Origin: Actinomycetales bacterium
Lineage (GTDB): Bacteria; Actinomycetota; Actinomycetes; Actinomycetales; Cellulomonadaceae
Direction of reading: 5' to 3'
Assembly: GCA_038252305.1 (NCBI GenBank)
Contig: JBBSAL010000019.1
Span: 1,156 to 65,155, forward strand
Length of the DNA: 64,000 nt
In this document: piece by piece, positions 50,580 through 60,617 of the stretch
How positions within the stretch are numbered: the stretch's first letter is position 1
How the letters are laid out: each line of letters opens with the position of its first letter
Translations under genes and position numbers: made by a program
Notes under the pieces: model-generated
The model's database searches: none
The model's input: the letters and a program-made list of their open reading frames with translations, nothing else
What the model was told of the DNA's origin: nothing

Positions 50580-50954
50580 ATGCAGCCAGTGGTGAGCACC
50601 GACCTCGACAGCCTCTCGGACGGCATCGTCGTGCACCTCGACGACGTGGACCCCGCGAAGCACGCCAGCGTACTGACCAACGTCGCCAACCTGCTCGCCG
50701 GCGTCGAAGCGGGCACGCCGATCGAGCTCGTCGTGCACGGGCCGGGACTAGCGGTGGCGCTCGTCGACTCCCCGCACGCTGACTCTCTCTGCGGCCTCCT
50801 CGATCGCGGTGTGGCAGTGACGGCGTGCGCCAACACCATCCGGGCGTTGGACCTGCCCGCCGACCGGCTCAGCGACGGAGTGGGCATCACCCCGTCCGGT
50901 GTGGTCCACCTCGTGCGACGGCAACGGCAAGGCTGGGCATACCTCCGGCCCTAG
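50580..50954 (+). CDS. DsrE/DsrF-like protein
   Basis: Motifs NVANL, ELVVHGPG, ACANT and RQRQGWAYLRP. TACCCT lies 7 nt before the ATG. Confidence 0.82.
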   Translation: MQPVVSTDLDSLSDGIVVHLDDVDPAKHASVLTNVANLLAGVEAGTPIELVVHGPGLAVALVDSPHADSLCGLLDRGVAVTACANTIRALDLPADRLSDGVGITPSGVVHLVRRQRQGWAYLRP

Positions 50955-51060
50955 ACCCACAGCGACCCGTCGTGGACCTCAGCGCCACCGTGCGGCACGA
51001 CTGCGACCAGCGCACCCGGACGTTCGGCAGGTGCGCCCGGCTCAGGCGGGGAGACGACCG

Positions 51061-52065
51061 TCACTTCGCGGTCGGCAAGCCCTGCTGGGTCCACGCGGCG
51101 TACCCGCCCTGGATGTCGTAGACGTGCTTGAAGCCCGCACTGTGCATCGCGTCGGCCACCGTGGTCGAGCCGGTGCCGGTGGCGTCGTAGACGAAGTAGC
51201 TGGCCGATTTGTCGAGCGCGGCGACGCCGGCCGCGACGTCGCCGGCAGGAGCCTCGATGTTGACGGCACCCGGCAGGTGGCCCTGGGCGAAGTCCGCAGC
51301 TGACCGGAGGTCGACGGGGACGAACGAGGGGTCGTTCGGATGGGTGCGAAGCAGCTCGTAGGCGCCCTGCGGGATGAGCGGGATGACCGGCGCGCCGAGC
51401 TGACCGGCGTCCGGCGCCTTGACGTCGATGCCGAAGTTCGTCTGGAGCCGCTGCTCCAGCTCGGCCTGGGTCAGCATGCCGCCGGAGAAGTCGACGAGCT
51501 TGCCGGTGCCGTCGTAGAACGCCGTGACGGGCAGCCCCTGGGAGGCGAACGACGACCACAGCTGCGAGGGCGGGTCACCGCCGATGTCCTTGGCCAGGGC
51601 GAAGCCGGCGCCCGCGAGGTCGAACCTGCGTGCCATCGCTGCCCCGTCGCCGGGGTCGGACGTGTCGACTCCGATGAAGTCGACCTTGCCGTCCGTGGCC
51701 TTGGCGACCTGGACGAAGCCCGGGAGCTCCTCGTTGCAGTAGACGCACCACGACGCGAAGAAGTTGACGACGACGGGTGTTCCGGCGAAGTCCGCGAGGC
51801 TGACAGTCGTGGCGTCGAGCAGGCCGGGGAGCCGGAAGTCGTCCTTGGCGGCGCTGTATCCCGTGCCGTTGGCGTCCGTCGTCGGGCTGCCTCCCCCACT
51901 CGTCAACGCCAGCGCGGCGACGACCCCGAAGACGATGACCACCATCCCGCTCACTGCGCCGATCCTCACCTTGCGCTGCCGTTCCTCGCGGGCCTTGGCG
52001 GCCTCTCGCTCGGCCTTCGCGGCCTGTCGCTGCTCGGCGCGGGTCATGCGTCTGGTCGTTGCCAT
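51061..52065 (-). CDS. Membrane-anchored TlpA/ResA-like thioredoxin fused to a rhodanese-like domain
   Basis: TM helix, NFFASWCVYC and GLPVT, then DLR...F..GHLPGAVNI and GGYAAW. Confidence 0.85.
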   Translation of the reverse strand: MATTRRMTRAEQRQAAKAEREAAKAREERQRKVRIGAVSGMVVIVFGVVAALALTSGGGSPTTDANGTGYSAAKDDFRLPGLLDATTVSLADFAGTPVVVNFFASWCVYCNEELPGFVQVAKATDGKVDFIGVDTSDPGDGAAMARRFDLAGAGFALAKDIGGDPPSQLWSSFASQGLPVTAFYDGTGKLVDFSGGMLTQAELEQRLQTNFGIDVKAPDAGQLGAPVIPLIPQGAYELLRTHPNDPSFVPVDLRSAADFAQGHLPGAVNIEAPAGDVAAGVAALDKSASYFVYDATGTGSTTVADAMHSAGFKHVYDIQGGYAAWTQQGLPTAK

Positions 52066-52080
52066 GGGTTGCCTTTCGAC

Positions 52081-52836
52081 TCAGCCGATCCCGAGCAGGC
52101 CACCGAGGCCGATGCTGGACAGGACCGACTGGGTGAGGGTGGTGACGAGGGACATGCGGTTGAAGGCGAGGAGGACGCCGAACGCCCCGAGCACGACCGC
52201 CGACGTCACGGTGATGCCGAGGAAGTGCCGCTTGACGACGGAGAAGGCCCCGGCGAACCGGTCCAGCGCGAGTGCGGCCGCGAGGAACGGGACCGCCAGA
52301 CCGAAGGAGTAGGCGATGAGCATCGCGGTGCCACGTCCCACGTCGCCGCTGCCTGCGGCGACGGCCAGGACACTGGTCAGGACGGGCCCGATGCAGGGGG
52401 TCCACCCGAACCCGAACGCGACACCGGCCACCGGTGCCGCGAACGGCCCGAACCGGTCGAGCGAGGGGTGCCAGCGCTTCTCCTGGTACAGCCACGGCGC
52501 CTTGAGCACGAGCGAGGCGAGGAGGAACAGGGCCATGGCGAGCACGACGAGTCCCGAGAGCCGGGTGAGCAGCACCCGATGTCCCAGGAGCGAGGATCCC
52601 ACCGCCGTCACGGACAGCCCGAGCAGGACGAACACGGAGCTGAATCCGAGCACGAACCCGAGCGAGGTCACGAGCACCCGACCCAGGTGGGAGCGCCCGC
52701 CCTCCTGGACGGAGGTGACGCTGAGCCCGGTCACGACGGAGACGTAGGCCGGGATGACCGGCAGGACGCACGGCGAGAGGAACGAGAGGAGGCCACCGAA
52801 GAAGGCTCCGAACAGCGTGAGGTCGACGGGTGTCAT
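52081..52836 (-). CDS. ccdA: CcdA / cytochrome c biogenesis disulfide-reduction membrane protein
   Basis: Motifs SFLSPCVLP and GWTPCIGP. Confidence 0.9.
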   Translation of the reverse strand: MTPVDLTLFGAFFGGLLSFLSPCVLPVIPAYVSVVTGLSVTSVQEGGRSHLGRVLVTSLGFVLGFSSVFVLLGLSVTAVGSSLLGHRVLLTRLSGLVVLAMALFLLASLVLKAPWLYQEKRWHPSLDRFGPFAAPVAGVAFGFGWTPCIGPVLTSVLAVAAGSGDVGRGTAMLIAYSFGLAVPFLAAALALDRFAGAFSVVKRHFLGITVTSAVVLGAFGVLLAFNRMSLVTTLTQSVLSSIGLGGLLGIG

Positions 52837-52928
52837 GGCGCAGCCACTCCCTCCGCTCCAGCCAGCGGGGCGACGGCAGGGTGCATGGGGTCGTGGGTCC
52901 TCGACGTGGGTGACAGTACCGCCGGAAG

Positions 52929-52946
52929 CATACCCCCCCGGGTATG
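52929..52946. promoter_or_regulatory. CsoR/RicR/CstR-type operator
   Basis: CATACCC-CCCC-GGGTATG: a perfect inverted repeat with C/G tracts, between divergent genes. Confidence 0.7.
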
Positions 52947-53046
52947 TGTGCAACACGAGCCGCTCGATCTGCCTGGTGCTCGGCATGCGGATCGGTCGTA
53001 CGCTCGAGATGAGGTCGCACGGAACTGCGCTCAAGGAGGAGCCACC

Positions 53047-53538
53047 ATGGGTCGTCACCTCATCGCACTCTCGTTCCTCGTCATGGGCGCGCTGGCCGCG
53101 TGCTCGTCAGGGTCGACCACGGCTCCGTCCAGCGCCGCACCCACGGCGACCTCGGCGTCGCCGGACACGGCATCGGCGGCGCCTTCCGAGGCGATGACAC
53201 CGAGCCGGTCCCCCGAGCCGGTGGCCGGCGGCACGGCGACCGACTTCTGCGGCGCCTTCGACGAGCTCCAGGCGGTGAGCGACGTACCGTCCGACGACGC
53301 CGTGGCATTCGGCACGCTGCTCAGAGCAGCCGCGGCAGACATGCGCACCTTCGCACCGGCCGAGATCGAGAAGGCCGCGCACACGTATGCCGACGTGATG
53401 GACGCCATCGGCACAGCCGCCTTGGGCGGCGCGGTGGACCAGGCCTCGCTGGGGAAGACGATGACGGACGCCATGACCGAGAGTGCCGCGGACATCGCGA
53501 TCACCACCGCCTGGGTCGCCGCGCACTGCTCCTCCTGA
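53047..53538 (+). CDS. Hypothetical lipoprotein
   Basis: RBS AAGGAGG, lipobox LAAC, Ser/Ala/Pro linker and a helical domain bracketed by FC...HC. Confidence 0.78.
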   Translation: MGRHLIALSFLVMGALAACSSGSTTAPSSAAPTATSASPDTASAAPSEAMTPSRSPEPVAGGTATDFCGAFDELQAVSDVPSDDAVAFGTLLRAAAADMRTFAPAEIEKAAHTYADVMDAIGTAALGGAVDQASLGKTMTDAMTESAADIAITTAWVAAHCSS

Positions 53539-53611
53539 GCCGGCCGACCGCCGCACGGCCCCGGAGCTGGTCCGTGGGCCGTGCGCCGCGATCGCCGCCA
53601 GGAGCCGGTGC

Positions 53612-54988
53612 TCAGCCGTGCAGCAGCCGATCGCGCCACCCGGGGAACAGCGCATCCGCATCGCCAGGGAACGACTCGAACGCACGGGCGAACTCGGAGT
53701 GCGTCACGGCCCAGTCGACCGGGTCCGCCCCGCTCTTCCACCCCTCGTAGGCCTGGCGGAGCGAGCGTGCCCCCGCGGCCGGGCCGTCGATGTGCCCGTA
53801 GGCGCCACCGCCGGCAGTGTTGATGAGGTTGCCGTGGCCGAGGTTCTCGAAGAAGCCGGGCAGCCGCAGGGCGTTCATCCCGCCGGAGACGATGGGTGTG
53901 GTCGCCTTCATGCCGTCCCAGCGCTGGAAGTAGACCGGCCCCTGGGCCTCGTCACGCTCGATCATGTACGCGATGACCGTGTCGTCGGGGCCGCCCTCCA
54001 TCTTCCCGTAGCCCATCGTCCCGACGTGGATGCCCGAGGCGCCCTGGAGGCGGGACATCTTCGCCAGGACGAACGCGGTGTACCCGCGCTTCGCGCTCGG
54101 GGAGGTGACCGCGCCGTGGCCGGCCCGGTGGTAGTGCAGGAACTGGTTCGGGTAGTTCCGCCGCGCCGTCGTGACCATCCCGGGCCCGCCGACGTAGCCG
54201 TCGACCAGGAACGCGAGCTTGTTGGCGTCCGGCCCGAAGGTCTGGAGCGCGAAGTCGGCCCGTGCGAGCATCTCGTGGTGGTCGTCGGCGGTGATGTTCA
54301 TGGAGAAGAGCTTCGCCTCGCCGGTCTCGTCCATCGCCCGCCTCATCGCGTCGTAGACCAGCGGGATGGTCTTCTTCAGCGGCGAGAACACCTGGTTGCC
54401 CTGGGGCTCGTCGTTCTTGATGAAGTCCCCACCCAGCCAGAACTTGTAGGCGGCCTCGGCGAAGGGCTCGGGACGCAGCCCGAGCTTGGGCTTGATGATC
54501 GTCCCGGCGATGAAGCCGCCGTCCTTCACCGGGCGGCCGAGGATGCGCCACAGGTCCTCGATGTTCATCGACGGCCCGTCGAACTGCCGGATGACCTCCG
54601 GCGGGACCCAGAAGTCGATCATCTTGGCGTGCTCGATGTCGCCCATGCCCTGGTTGTTGCCGATCGTCAGGGTGAGGAAGGAGACCATCATCATCCGGCC
54701 GTCGGTGACGTTGCGGTCGAAGAGGTCGAGCGGATAGGCGATCCGCATGTCCTCGGTCGCCTCGTCCACGTGGTAGACGAGCGCGTCGACGCCCTTGGTG
54801 AAGTCGTCGGTCGTCGAGACCTCGACATTCGTCCCGGTCGAGGACTCGGCGGCGAAGTGGGCGGCAGCCTCGAGATAGGCGAGGCCACCCTTCGGCCTCA
54901 TCCGGTAGGCACACAGGATGTGCTTGCCGCCTGCGATGAGGTCGGCCTCTCTCAGGCTGAGGTCGGCGTAACGGCTTGACTGGTCCAT
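53612..54988 (-). CDS. cbbM: Ribulose-1,5-bisphosphate carboxylase/oxygenase, Form II
   Basis: N-terminus [48 protein letters not shown], loop 6 [15 protein letters not shown] and TAGGG. No small subunit nearby. RBS TAAGGAG. Confidence 0.98.
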   Translation of the reverse strand: MDQSSRYADLSLREADLIAGGKHILCAYRMRPKGGLAYLEAAAHFAAESSTGTNVEVSTTDDFTKGVDALVYHVDEATEDMRIAYPLDLFDRNVTDGRMMMVSFLTLTIGNNQGMGDIEHAKMIDFWVPPEVIRQFDGPSMNIEDLWRILGRPVKDGGFIAGTIIKPKLGLRPEPFAEAAYKFWLGGDFIKNDEPQGNQVFSPLKKTIPLVYDAMRRAMDETGEAKLFSMNITADDHHEMLARADFALQTFGPDANKLAFLVDGYVGGPGMVTTARRNYPNQFLHYHRAGHGAVTSPSAKRGYTAFVLAKMSRLQGASGIHVGTMGYGKMEGGPDDTVIAYMIERDEAQGPVYFQRWDGMKATTPIVSGGMNALRLPGFFENLGHGNLINTAGGGAYGHIDGPAAGARSLRQAYEGWKSGADPVDWAVTHSEFARAFESFPGDADALFPGWRDRLLHG

Positions 54989-54998
54989 GTGCTGCTCC

Positions 54999-55745
54999 TT
55001 AGTGAGTCGGTCCGGGTCGCGCGCGGGTACCTGGGTGAACGGTGTCGTGGAGGATCACCAGATCGGCGAGCCTCACGGTGGACAGGTCGGCCAGCACTGC
55101 GAGGGCGCCGGTGGCGTCGTCCGTCATGGTGTACGGGCTCCGGATCACCACTGTCGGCAGTCCCGCTGCGACGGCGGCGTGCAGCCCCACCGAGGAGTCC
55201 TCGATCGCGAGGCACTCCTCGGGTCGCAGGTCGAGGCGCTCCATCACCCAGGTGTAGATGTCGGGCGCCGGCTTCTTGCGGGGGACGACGTCCCCCGCGC
55301 CGATGACCTCGAACCAGCCGGGCGCGTCATGTCCCAGTCCGGCCTCGAGGAGGGCCGTGACGTTCTCCGGGCTCGTGGTGGACGCGATGGCGAGCCTCAT
55401 GCCGTTCGACCGGGCCTCGGCGACAAGTCGCGCCACCCCCGGTCGGAGCCGGATCCTGCCCTCGGCCAGCAACGCGACGTAGCGCCTCGTCTTGTCGGCG
55501 TGCAGCGCGGCGATGGCCTCGTCGGCATCGGGCCTGGCCAGGAAGCCGGGGTCGTGCCGCTCGCAGAAGTACCGGATCCGCTCCTTGCCACCGGCCACGC
55601 CGAGCAGTCCGCCGTACAGGTCGACGTCCCAGTGCCAGCTCAGCCCGGCCTGGGCGAACGCGGCGTTGAAGGCGGGCCGGTGGCCGTCACGCTCGGTGTC
55701 CGCGAGCGTGCCGTCCACATCGAAGACCAGTGCGTGGAGTGCCAT
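54999..55745 (-). CDS. cbbY: CbbY-type HAD phosphatase (xylulose-1,5-bisphosphate phosphatase)
   Basis: Motifs [30 protein letters not shown] and IEDS. Directly upstream of cbbM. Confidence 0.9.
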   Translation of the reverse strand: MALHALVFDVDGTLADTERDGHRPAFNAAFAQAGLSWHWDVDLYGGLLGVAGGKERIRYFCERHDPGFLARPDADEAIAALHADKTRRYVALLAEGRIRLRPGVARLVAEARSNGMRLAIASTTSPENVTALLEAGLGHDAPGWFEVIGAGDVVPRKKPAPDIYTWVMERLDLRPEECLAIEDSSVGLHAAVAAGLPTVVIRSPYTMTDDATGALAVLADLSTVRLADLVILHDTVHPGTRARPGPTH

Positions 55746-55751
55746 GCCGCG

Positions 55752-55810
55752 ACGCTAGACGGCATCGACCGGTGTCGACCTCACCCCCACGGGGGACGCC
55801 GGGGGTGAGG
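55752..55810 (-). promoter_or_regulatory. Leaderless cbbY-cbbM promoter with an upstream inverted repeat
   Basis: -10 TAGCGT lies 6 nt before the ATG. CCTCACCCCC-N12-GGGGGTGAGG spans 55779-55810 (about -34 to -65). Confidence 0.6.
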
Positions 55811-55857
55811 CACCTGCGACCACAGGCGGCCGTCCCTCGGCACGTGGCGACGTCGCC

Positions 55858-57081
55858 TCAGCCGGTCGGCTCCGGTGCGTGCACCACCGGCAGATCGACG
55901 GTGACCGTCGTCCCGCGCCCGGGCATGGACTCGATCCGCAGCGACGCGCCGACCAGGGCGCACCGCTCCGCGATCGACGACAGTCCGAAGTGAGCACCCT
56001 CGGTACCGTCGGCGCGCGCCGCCACCCGGTCCGTCGGATCCTGCCGGACGTCGAAGCCGACGCCGTCGTCCGAGATCGTGAGGACGACGACGTCGTCGGC
56101 CCGGCGAAGGCTCACCGTGACGAGGCCCGCGTGCCCGTGCCGGATCGCGTTGCTCGTCGACTCCTGCGCGATCCGGAAGAGCGCAGCCGCGGCGTGGTCG
56201 GGCAGGTCGGCGAACTCGTCCTCCGGGTCGCCAGTGACCTCCATCACCGCACCCGGTGCCGTCTCGGCCAACGACTCCAGCGCGGCGACCAGGCCGAGAT
56301 CGTCCAGGACCAGGCTGTGCAGCCCGGTGATCGCTGCGCGCGTCTGCGTGTAGGCGCGGTCGGCAAGGGTCCGTGCCACCCCGATCTGCGACCGCGCCTG
56401 GGCCAGCCTCGTTCCGTCGGGCGGTGGCGTGGCGCACTCGGCCTCCGCTGCAGCGATGGACAGCTCCGCAGCGTTGAGGTGGAACGACATCGAGGCCAAC
56501 GCCGTGGTCACCCCGTCGTGCAGGTCGGACGCGATCCGGCGCCGCTCGGACTCCTGCGCGGAGATCGCCTGGGCGATCAGCCGGTCCCGGTCGCCCCGGT
56601 GCGCGTCGACAGCATTGCGCAGGTCCATCACCTGCAGGCGCAGCCCGAGCAGGTCGGCACACGGCTGCAGGCTCGTCAGGTCCTCGTCGGTGTACGGCTC
56701 GTCGACGCTGCGGTGCACGCCGACCACTCCGAGGATCTGCCCGCCGAGACCGCGGGCCGGCACGCACAGGCGTGCCACCGACCCGCCGGCGTCCAGGCCC
56801 AGCACGTGACGGTGGACCGGGTTGCGCGGTGCGTCCGCGCCCAGCCGCATGCCGTGGCCGTTGCGCGCCACCAGCCCGGTGACCCCCTGGCCGACCGCCA
56901 CCACGAGCGCGGCCTGCGAGTCCGGATCGGGTGGGTAGAGCCCTCCGACGGTGAGCTGGGCCCCGTCGGAGAGCTGGATCACGGCGCCGGTCGAGCGGGT
57001 CTGCAGCGCGAATGCGCCGGCCAGTGCCCCGAGGTCGAAGGCGACGGGTGTCGCGAGCATCTCCCACAGCTGCGACCTCAT
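55858..57081 (-). CDS. Cytoplasmic GAF-domain histidine kinase (HisKA_3)
   Basis: GAF segment GQGVTGLVA...LCVP, H-box ERRRIASDLHD, QESTSNA, DDGVGF and FGL. No TM helix. Confidence 0.9.
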   Translation of the reverse strand: MRSQLWEMLATPVAFDLGALAGAFALQTRSTGAVIQLSDGAQLTVGGLYPPDPDSQAALVVAVGQGVTGLVARNGHGMRLGADAPRNPVHRHVLGLDAGGSVARLCVPARGLGGQILGVVGVHRSVDEPYTDEDLTSLQPCADLLGLRLQVMDLRNAVDAHRGDRDRLIAQAISAQESERRRIASDLHDGVTTALASMSFHLNAAELSIAAAEAECATPPPDGTRLAQARSQIGVARTLADRAYTQTRAAITGLHSLVLDDLGLVAALESLAETAPGAVMEVTGDPEDEFADLPDHAAAALFRIAQESTSNAIRHGHAGLVTVSLRRADDVVVLTISDDGVGFDVRQDPTDRVAARADGTEGAHFGLSSIAERCALVGASLRIESMPGRGTTVTVDLPVVHAPEPTG

Positions 57082-57746
57082 CGGAACAGCCCCTCGCGGA
57101 GCGCGAAGGCGACGGCTCCCCCGCGGTCCTGGAGATCGAGCTTGCGGTACAGGCTGCGGATGTGGGTCTTGACGGTGTCCTCGGTGACGACGAGCGTCGA
57201 GGCGATCGCACGGTTGGAGTGCCCGGCGACGAGGAGTGCAAGGACCTCCGACTCGCGTTGGGTCAGCCCGTGGTTCGCCCCTGGCCAGAACTCGCCGGAG
57301 GAGATCCGCGCCGCGGACATCGCCGCACGGCCGGCCAGCGCGGCGTCGATCGCGATCTCGCCGTCGGCGACGCGGCGCAGGTGGCCGACCAGCTCGGCGG
57401 CGTCGACGCGCTTGAGCACGTAGCCGCGTGCGCCGGCGCGCAGCGCCTGGAAGAGGTAGTGCTCGTCGTCGTACACGGTCAGCATGACGACCTTGATCGT
57501 CGGGTGCGCCTGCGCCAGCTCGCGCACCAGGTCGAGGCCGCTGTCGCGGCCGAGCCGCACGTCGCTGAGCACGATGTCGGGCAGCGCCAGATCGATGGCC
57601 TTCCGCGCCTCGGCGAACGAGGTCGCGGTTCCCACGACGAGCACGTCGTCGTCGAAGTGGGCGAGCATGGCGGTGAGCCCGTGCAGGACCATCTCGTGGT
57701 CGTCGACGAGCACCAGGCGAAGCACGCTACGACCGTCATCGGGCAC
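57078..57746 (-). CDS. NarL/LuxR-family response regulator
   Basis: Motifs LVDDHEMV, DVRL, GYVLK, LTQRESEVL and TVKTH. TAGGGT lies 6 nt before the GTG. Confidence 0.93.
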   Translation of the reverse strand: MPDDGRSVLRLVLVDDHEMVLHGLTAMLAHFDDDVLVVGTATSFAEARKAIDLALPDIVLSDVRLGRDSGLDLVRELAQAHPTIKVVMLTVYDDEHYLFQALRAGARGYVLKRVDAAELVGHLRRVADGEIAIDAALAGRAAMSAARISSGEFWPGANHGLTQRESEVLALLVAGHSNRAIASTLVVTEDTVKTHIRSLYRKLDLQDRGGAVAFALREGLFR

Positions 57747-57792
57747 GGCCCCACCCTATGACCGGTGGGCGGCCGCGCGCCTGGAACACGGA

Positions 57793-57820
57793 TCACCCCT
57801 GTGACCACCCCTGGGGGTGA
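57793..57820. promoter_or_regulatory. TCACCCC-containing repeats in the divergent regulator/rpe promoter region
   Basis: TCACCCC at 57793, then CACCCC-TG-GGGGTG(A) at 57806-57820. Confidence 0.55.
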
Positions 57821-57889
57821 GCCGCGGCGACCCCGCGACGCGGTCTGCTTGCCCGGTCAGCGAGGACGCCCCGTACCGGGAGGCACGAC

Positions 57890-58603
57890 ATGGCACAGCA
57901 CGCACCACTCATCGTCCCGTCGGTGCTTCCTGCCGACGCGGCCCGCCTCGGCGCCGAGGTCGAGGACCTCTGCGCCGCCGGCGTCGACCGGATCCAGTGG
58001 GACGTCATGGACGGCGTCTTCGTCCCGAACCTCACCTTCGGTCCCGACGTCATCGCCGCCGCACGCCGGCACAGCTCCGTCGGGTTCGAGGCCCACCTCA
58101 TGGTCGTGGAGCCGGACGAGCTCCTCGGACGGTACGTCGACGCCGGCTGCGGGCTGGTCATCGTCCACGCCGAGGCCACCACCCACCTGCACCGGACGCT
58201 GCACCGGATCCGGGAGCTGGGTGCGCGCTCGGGGGTGGCGCTCAACCCGCACACTCCTGTCTCGGTGGTGGAGAACGTCCTGGACGAGGCCGACCTGATC
58301 CTGGCGATGACCGTCAACCCCGGCTTCGGTGGGCAGGCCTACATCCCCGCCGTCGAGGCGAAGGTCAGACGGCTCCGCGCGATGGTCGACCTGTCCGGCC
58401 TGCCGATCGAGATCGAGGTCGACGGCGGGATCACGGACACCACGATCACCGGAGCCGCCGGGGCGGGAGCCGACGTGTTCATCTCCGGGAGCTGGCTGTT
58501 CACCTACCCGGGAGGGAAGGCGGCCGGCGTCCAGCTGCTGCGCGACCGGGCAGCCGCGGCGATGGTGCCGACGGCCGTCGTGTCTGGCGCAGGGGTGGCC
58601 TGA
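57890..58603 (+). CDS. rpe: Ribulose-phosphate 3-epimerase
   Basis: Motifs [27 protein letters not shown] and EVDGG. Confidence 0.95.
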   Translation: MAQHAPLIVPSVLPADAARLGAEVEDLCAAGVDRIQWDVMDGVFVPNLTFGPDVIAAARRHSSVGFEAHLMVVEPDELLGRYVDAGCGLVIVHAEATTHLHRTLHRIRELGARSGVALNPHTPVSVVENVLDEADLILAMTVNPGFGGQAYIPAVEAKVRRLRAMVDLSGLPIEIEVDGGITDTTITGAAGAGADVFISGSWLFTYPGGKAAGVQLLRDRAAAAMVPTAVVSGAGVA

Positions 58604-58604
58604 G

Positions 58605-60617
58605 ATGAGATCCGAGACCATGACCGACGCCGTGGCCGCCGACAGTGACAGCGACGCCCTGGCCGTCTCCACGCTGAGGTTCCTCGCCGCCGACATGGTC
58701 GAGGCGGCACGGTCCGGGCACCCCGGTCTGCCGATGGGTGCTGCGCCGATGGCCTGGGTGCTGTTCTCCCGGCACCTGCGTCACGATCCCACCGACTCGC
58801 ACTGGCCGGACCGCGACCGGTTCGTGCTCAGCGCAGGGCACGGATCGGCGCTGCTCTACGGCCTGCTGCACCTGTTCGGATACGACCTGCCGCTCGACGA
58901 GCTGCGACGCTTCCGTCAGCTCGGCTCGCGGACACCCGGCCATCCCGAGCTCGGTCACACGGACGGGGTGGAGACCACCACCGGACCGCTCGGCCAGGGG
59001 CTCGCCATGGCCGTGGGCATGGCGCTCGCCGAGCGCATGCAGGCGGCACGCTTCCCGGAGATCACCGACCACCGCACCTATGCACTGGTCGGTGACGGCT
59101 GCCTCATGGAGGGGATCAGCCAGGAGGCGATCTCCCTGGCAGGACACCTGGGCCTCGGCTGGCTCATCGTGCTGTGGGACGACAACGGGATCACCATCGA
59201 CGGCCCGGTCGGACAGTCGTCCTCGGACGACAACCCGGCGCGGTTCGCCGCCTCGGGCTGGCACGTGCAGTCGGTCGAGGACGGCACGGATCTCGACGCG
59301 ATCGACGCCGCGCTGATCGCGGCCAAGGCGGACCCGCGTCCGAGCCTGATCGCCGTCCGGACCGTCATCGGTCATGGCGCGCCCGGGATCGAGGGCACCC
59401 CCGCGGCGCACGGGGCACCGCTGGGCCCGACGGTGCTCGCCGCCGCGAAGGCCGCCGTGCTCTGGACCGATCCCCCGTTCACCGTGCCCACGGCCGTCGC
59501 CGATCGTTGTGCGCAGCTGGCGGCGGCGGGCCGCGCGGAGCACGAGGACTGGTCGACCCGGCTGAGCCGCTTCACGCAGCTCGCACCCGAGCGCGCCGAG
59601 GTGTGGCGGCGCACCTGGGCGCGCCAGGCACACCCGGACCTGGACGCCCTCATCTCGGGCGTCGGCACCGGGACGGCGCGGGCCACCCGTCAGTCCTCCC
59701 AGTCCGTGCTGAGCGCAGTGGCTGCCGAGCTGCCCGAGCTCATCGGTGGCTCGGCCGACCTCGCGACCTCGACCGGGACGGTCACCGGCCAACGAGCGGT
59801 GACGCGTGACGACTTCTCCGGCGAGGTGGTGGACTTCGGGATCCGGGAGCTCGGCATGGCCGCCGTGCTCAACGGGCTGAGCCTGCACGGCGGGTTCCGC
59901 CCCTACGGCAGCACCTTCCTGGTCTTCAGCGACTACCTGAGGCCCGCCCTTCGTCTGTCGGCGATGATGGGCCAACCGGTGATCTACCTGCTGACGCACG
60001 ACTCGGTCGCGGTCGGCGAGGACGGTCCGACCCACCAGCCCGTCGAGCACGTCGAGTCACTGCGACTCATCCCGGGGCTGACGGTCCTCCGTCCGGCCGA
60101 CGACGTGGAGACCGCCGCCGCATGGCGCCAGGCGCTGGCCACGACGGACGGCCCCACCGTCCTGGTGCTGAGCCGTCAGTCGGTGCCGTCCTTCCCGATG
60201 GGGACCTCCCGGCCCCACTTCCTCACGGAGGACGGCGGGCGCGTCGTCCGGCCCGTGGTGAGCCCCGACGTGGACCTCTTGGCGACCGGTTCGGAGGTCG
60301 GCCTCGCGGTGGCCGCCGCCGAGCTGCTCGACGCCGACGGCGTGCGTGCCCGAGTCGTGTCCGTCCCGTGGCGTGAGCGCTACGCAGCGCGGGCGTCGGC
60401 CGAGGGAAGAGCACCCGTCTGCGTCTCCGTCGAGGCCGGCGTCACCTCCGGCTGGGCAGCGCTCGCCACGACCCGGATCGGGGTCGATCGCTTCGGGGCC
60501 TCGGGCAAGGCACCGGACGTGCTGGACCACCTGGGGCTGACCCCGGCCGCCGTGGCCGCCCGGGTGACAGCGGCCCTGGGCACCGAACCGACCACCACCG
60601 GCGAAGCGAGGCGATGA
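58605..60617 (+). CDS. tkt: Transketolase
   Basis: Motifs [28 protein letters not shown] and [16 protein letters not shown]. Confidence 0.96.
   Translation: MRSETMTDAVAADSDSDALAVSTLRFLAADMVEAARSGHPGLPMGAAPMAWVLFSRHLRHDPTDSHWPDRDRFVLSAGHGSALLYGLLHLFGYDLPLDELRRFRQLGSRTPGHPELGHTDGVETTTGPLGQGLAMAVGMALAERMQAARFPEITDHRTYALVGDGCLMEGISQEAISLAGHLGLGWLIVLWDDNGITIDGPVGQSSSDDNPARFAASGWHVQSVEDGTDLDAIDAALIAAKADPRPSLIAVRTVIGHGAPGIEGTPAAHGAPLGPTVLAAAKAAVLWTDPPFTVPTAVADRCAQLAAAGRAEHEDWSTRLSRFTQLAPERAEVWRRTWARQAHPDLDALISGVGTGTARATRQSSQSVLSAVAAELPELIGGSADLATSTGTVTGQRAVTRDDFSGEVVDFGIRELGMAAVLNGLSLHGGFRPYGSTFLVFSDYLRPALRLSAMMGQPVIYLLTHDSVAVGEDGPTHQPVEHVESLRLIPGLTVLRPADDVETAAAWRQALATTDGPTVLVLSRQSVPSFPMGTSRPHFLTEDGGRVVRPVVSPDVDLLATGSEVGLAVAAAELLDADGVRARVVSVPWRERYAARASAEGRAPVCVSVEAGVTSGWAALATTRIGVDRFGASGKAPDVLDHLGLTPAAVAARVTAALGTEPTTTGEARR

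Noticed and set aside
53612-54988. RuBisCO-like protein (Form IV) or Form II/III nucleoside-salvage role
   Set aside because: All Form II catalytic motifs are present and PRK is in the same cluster.
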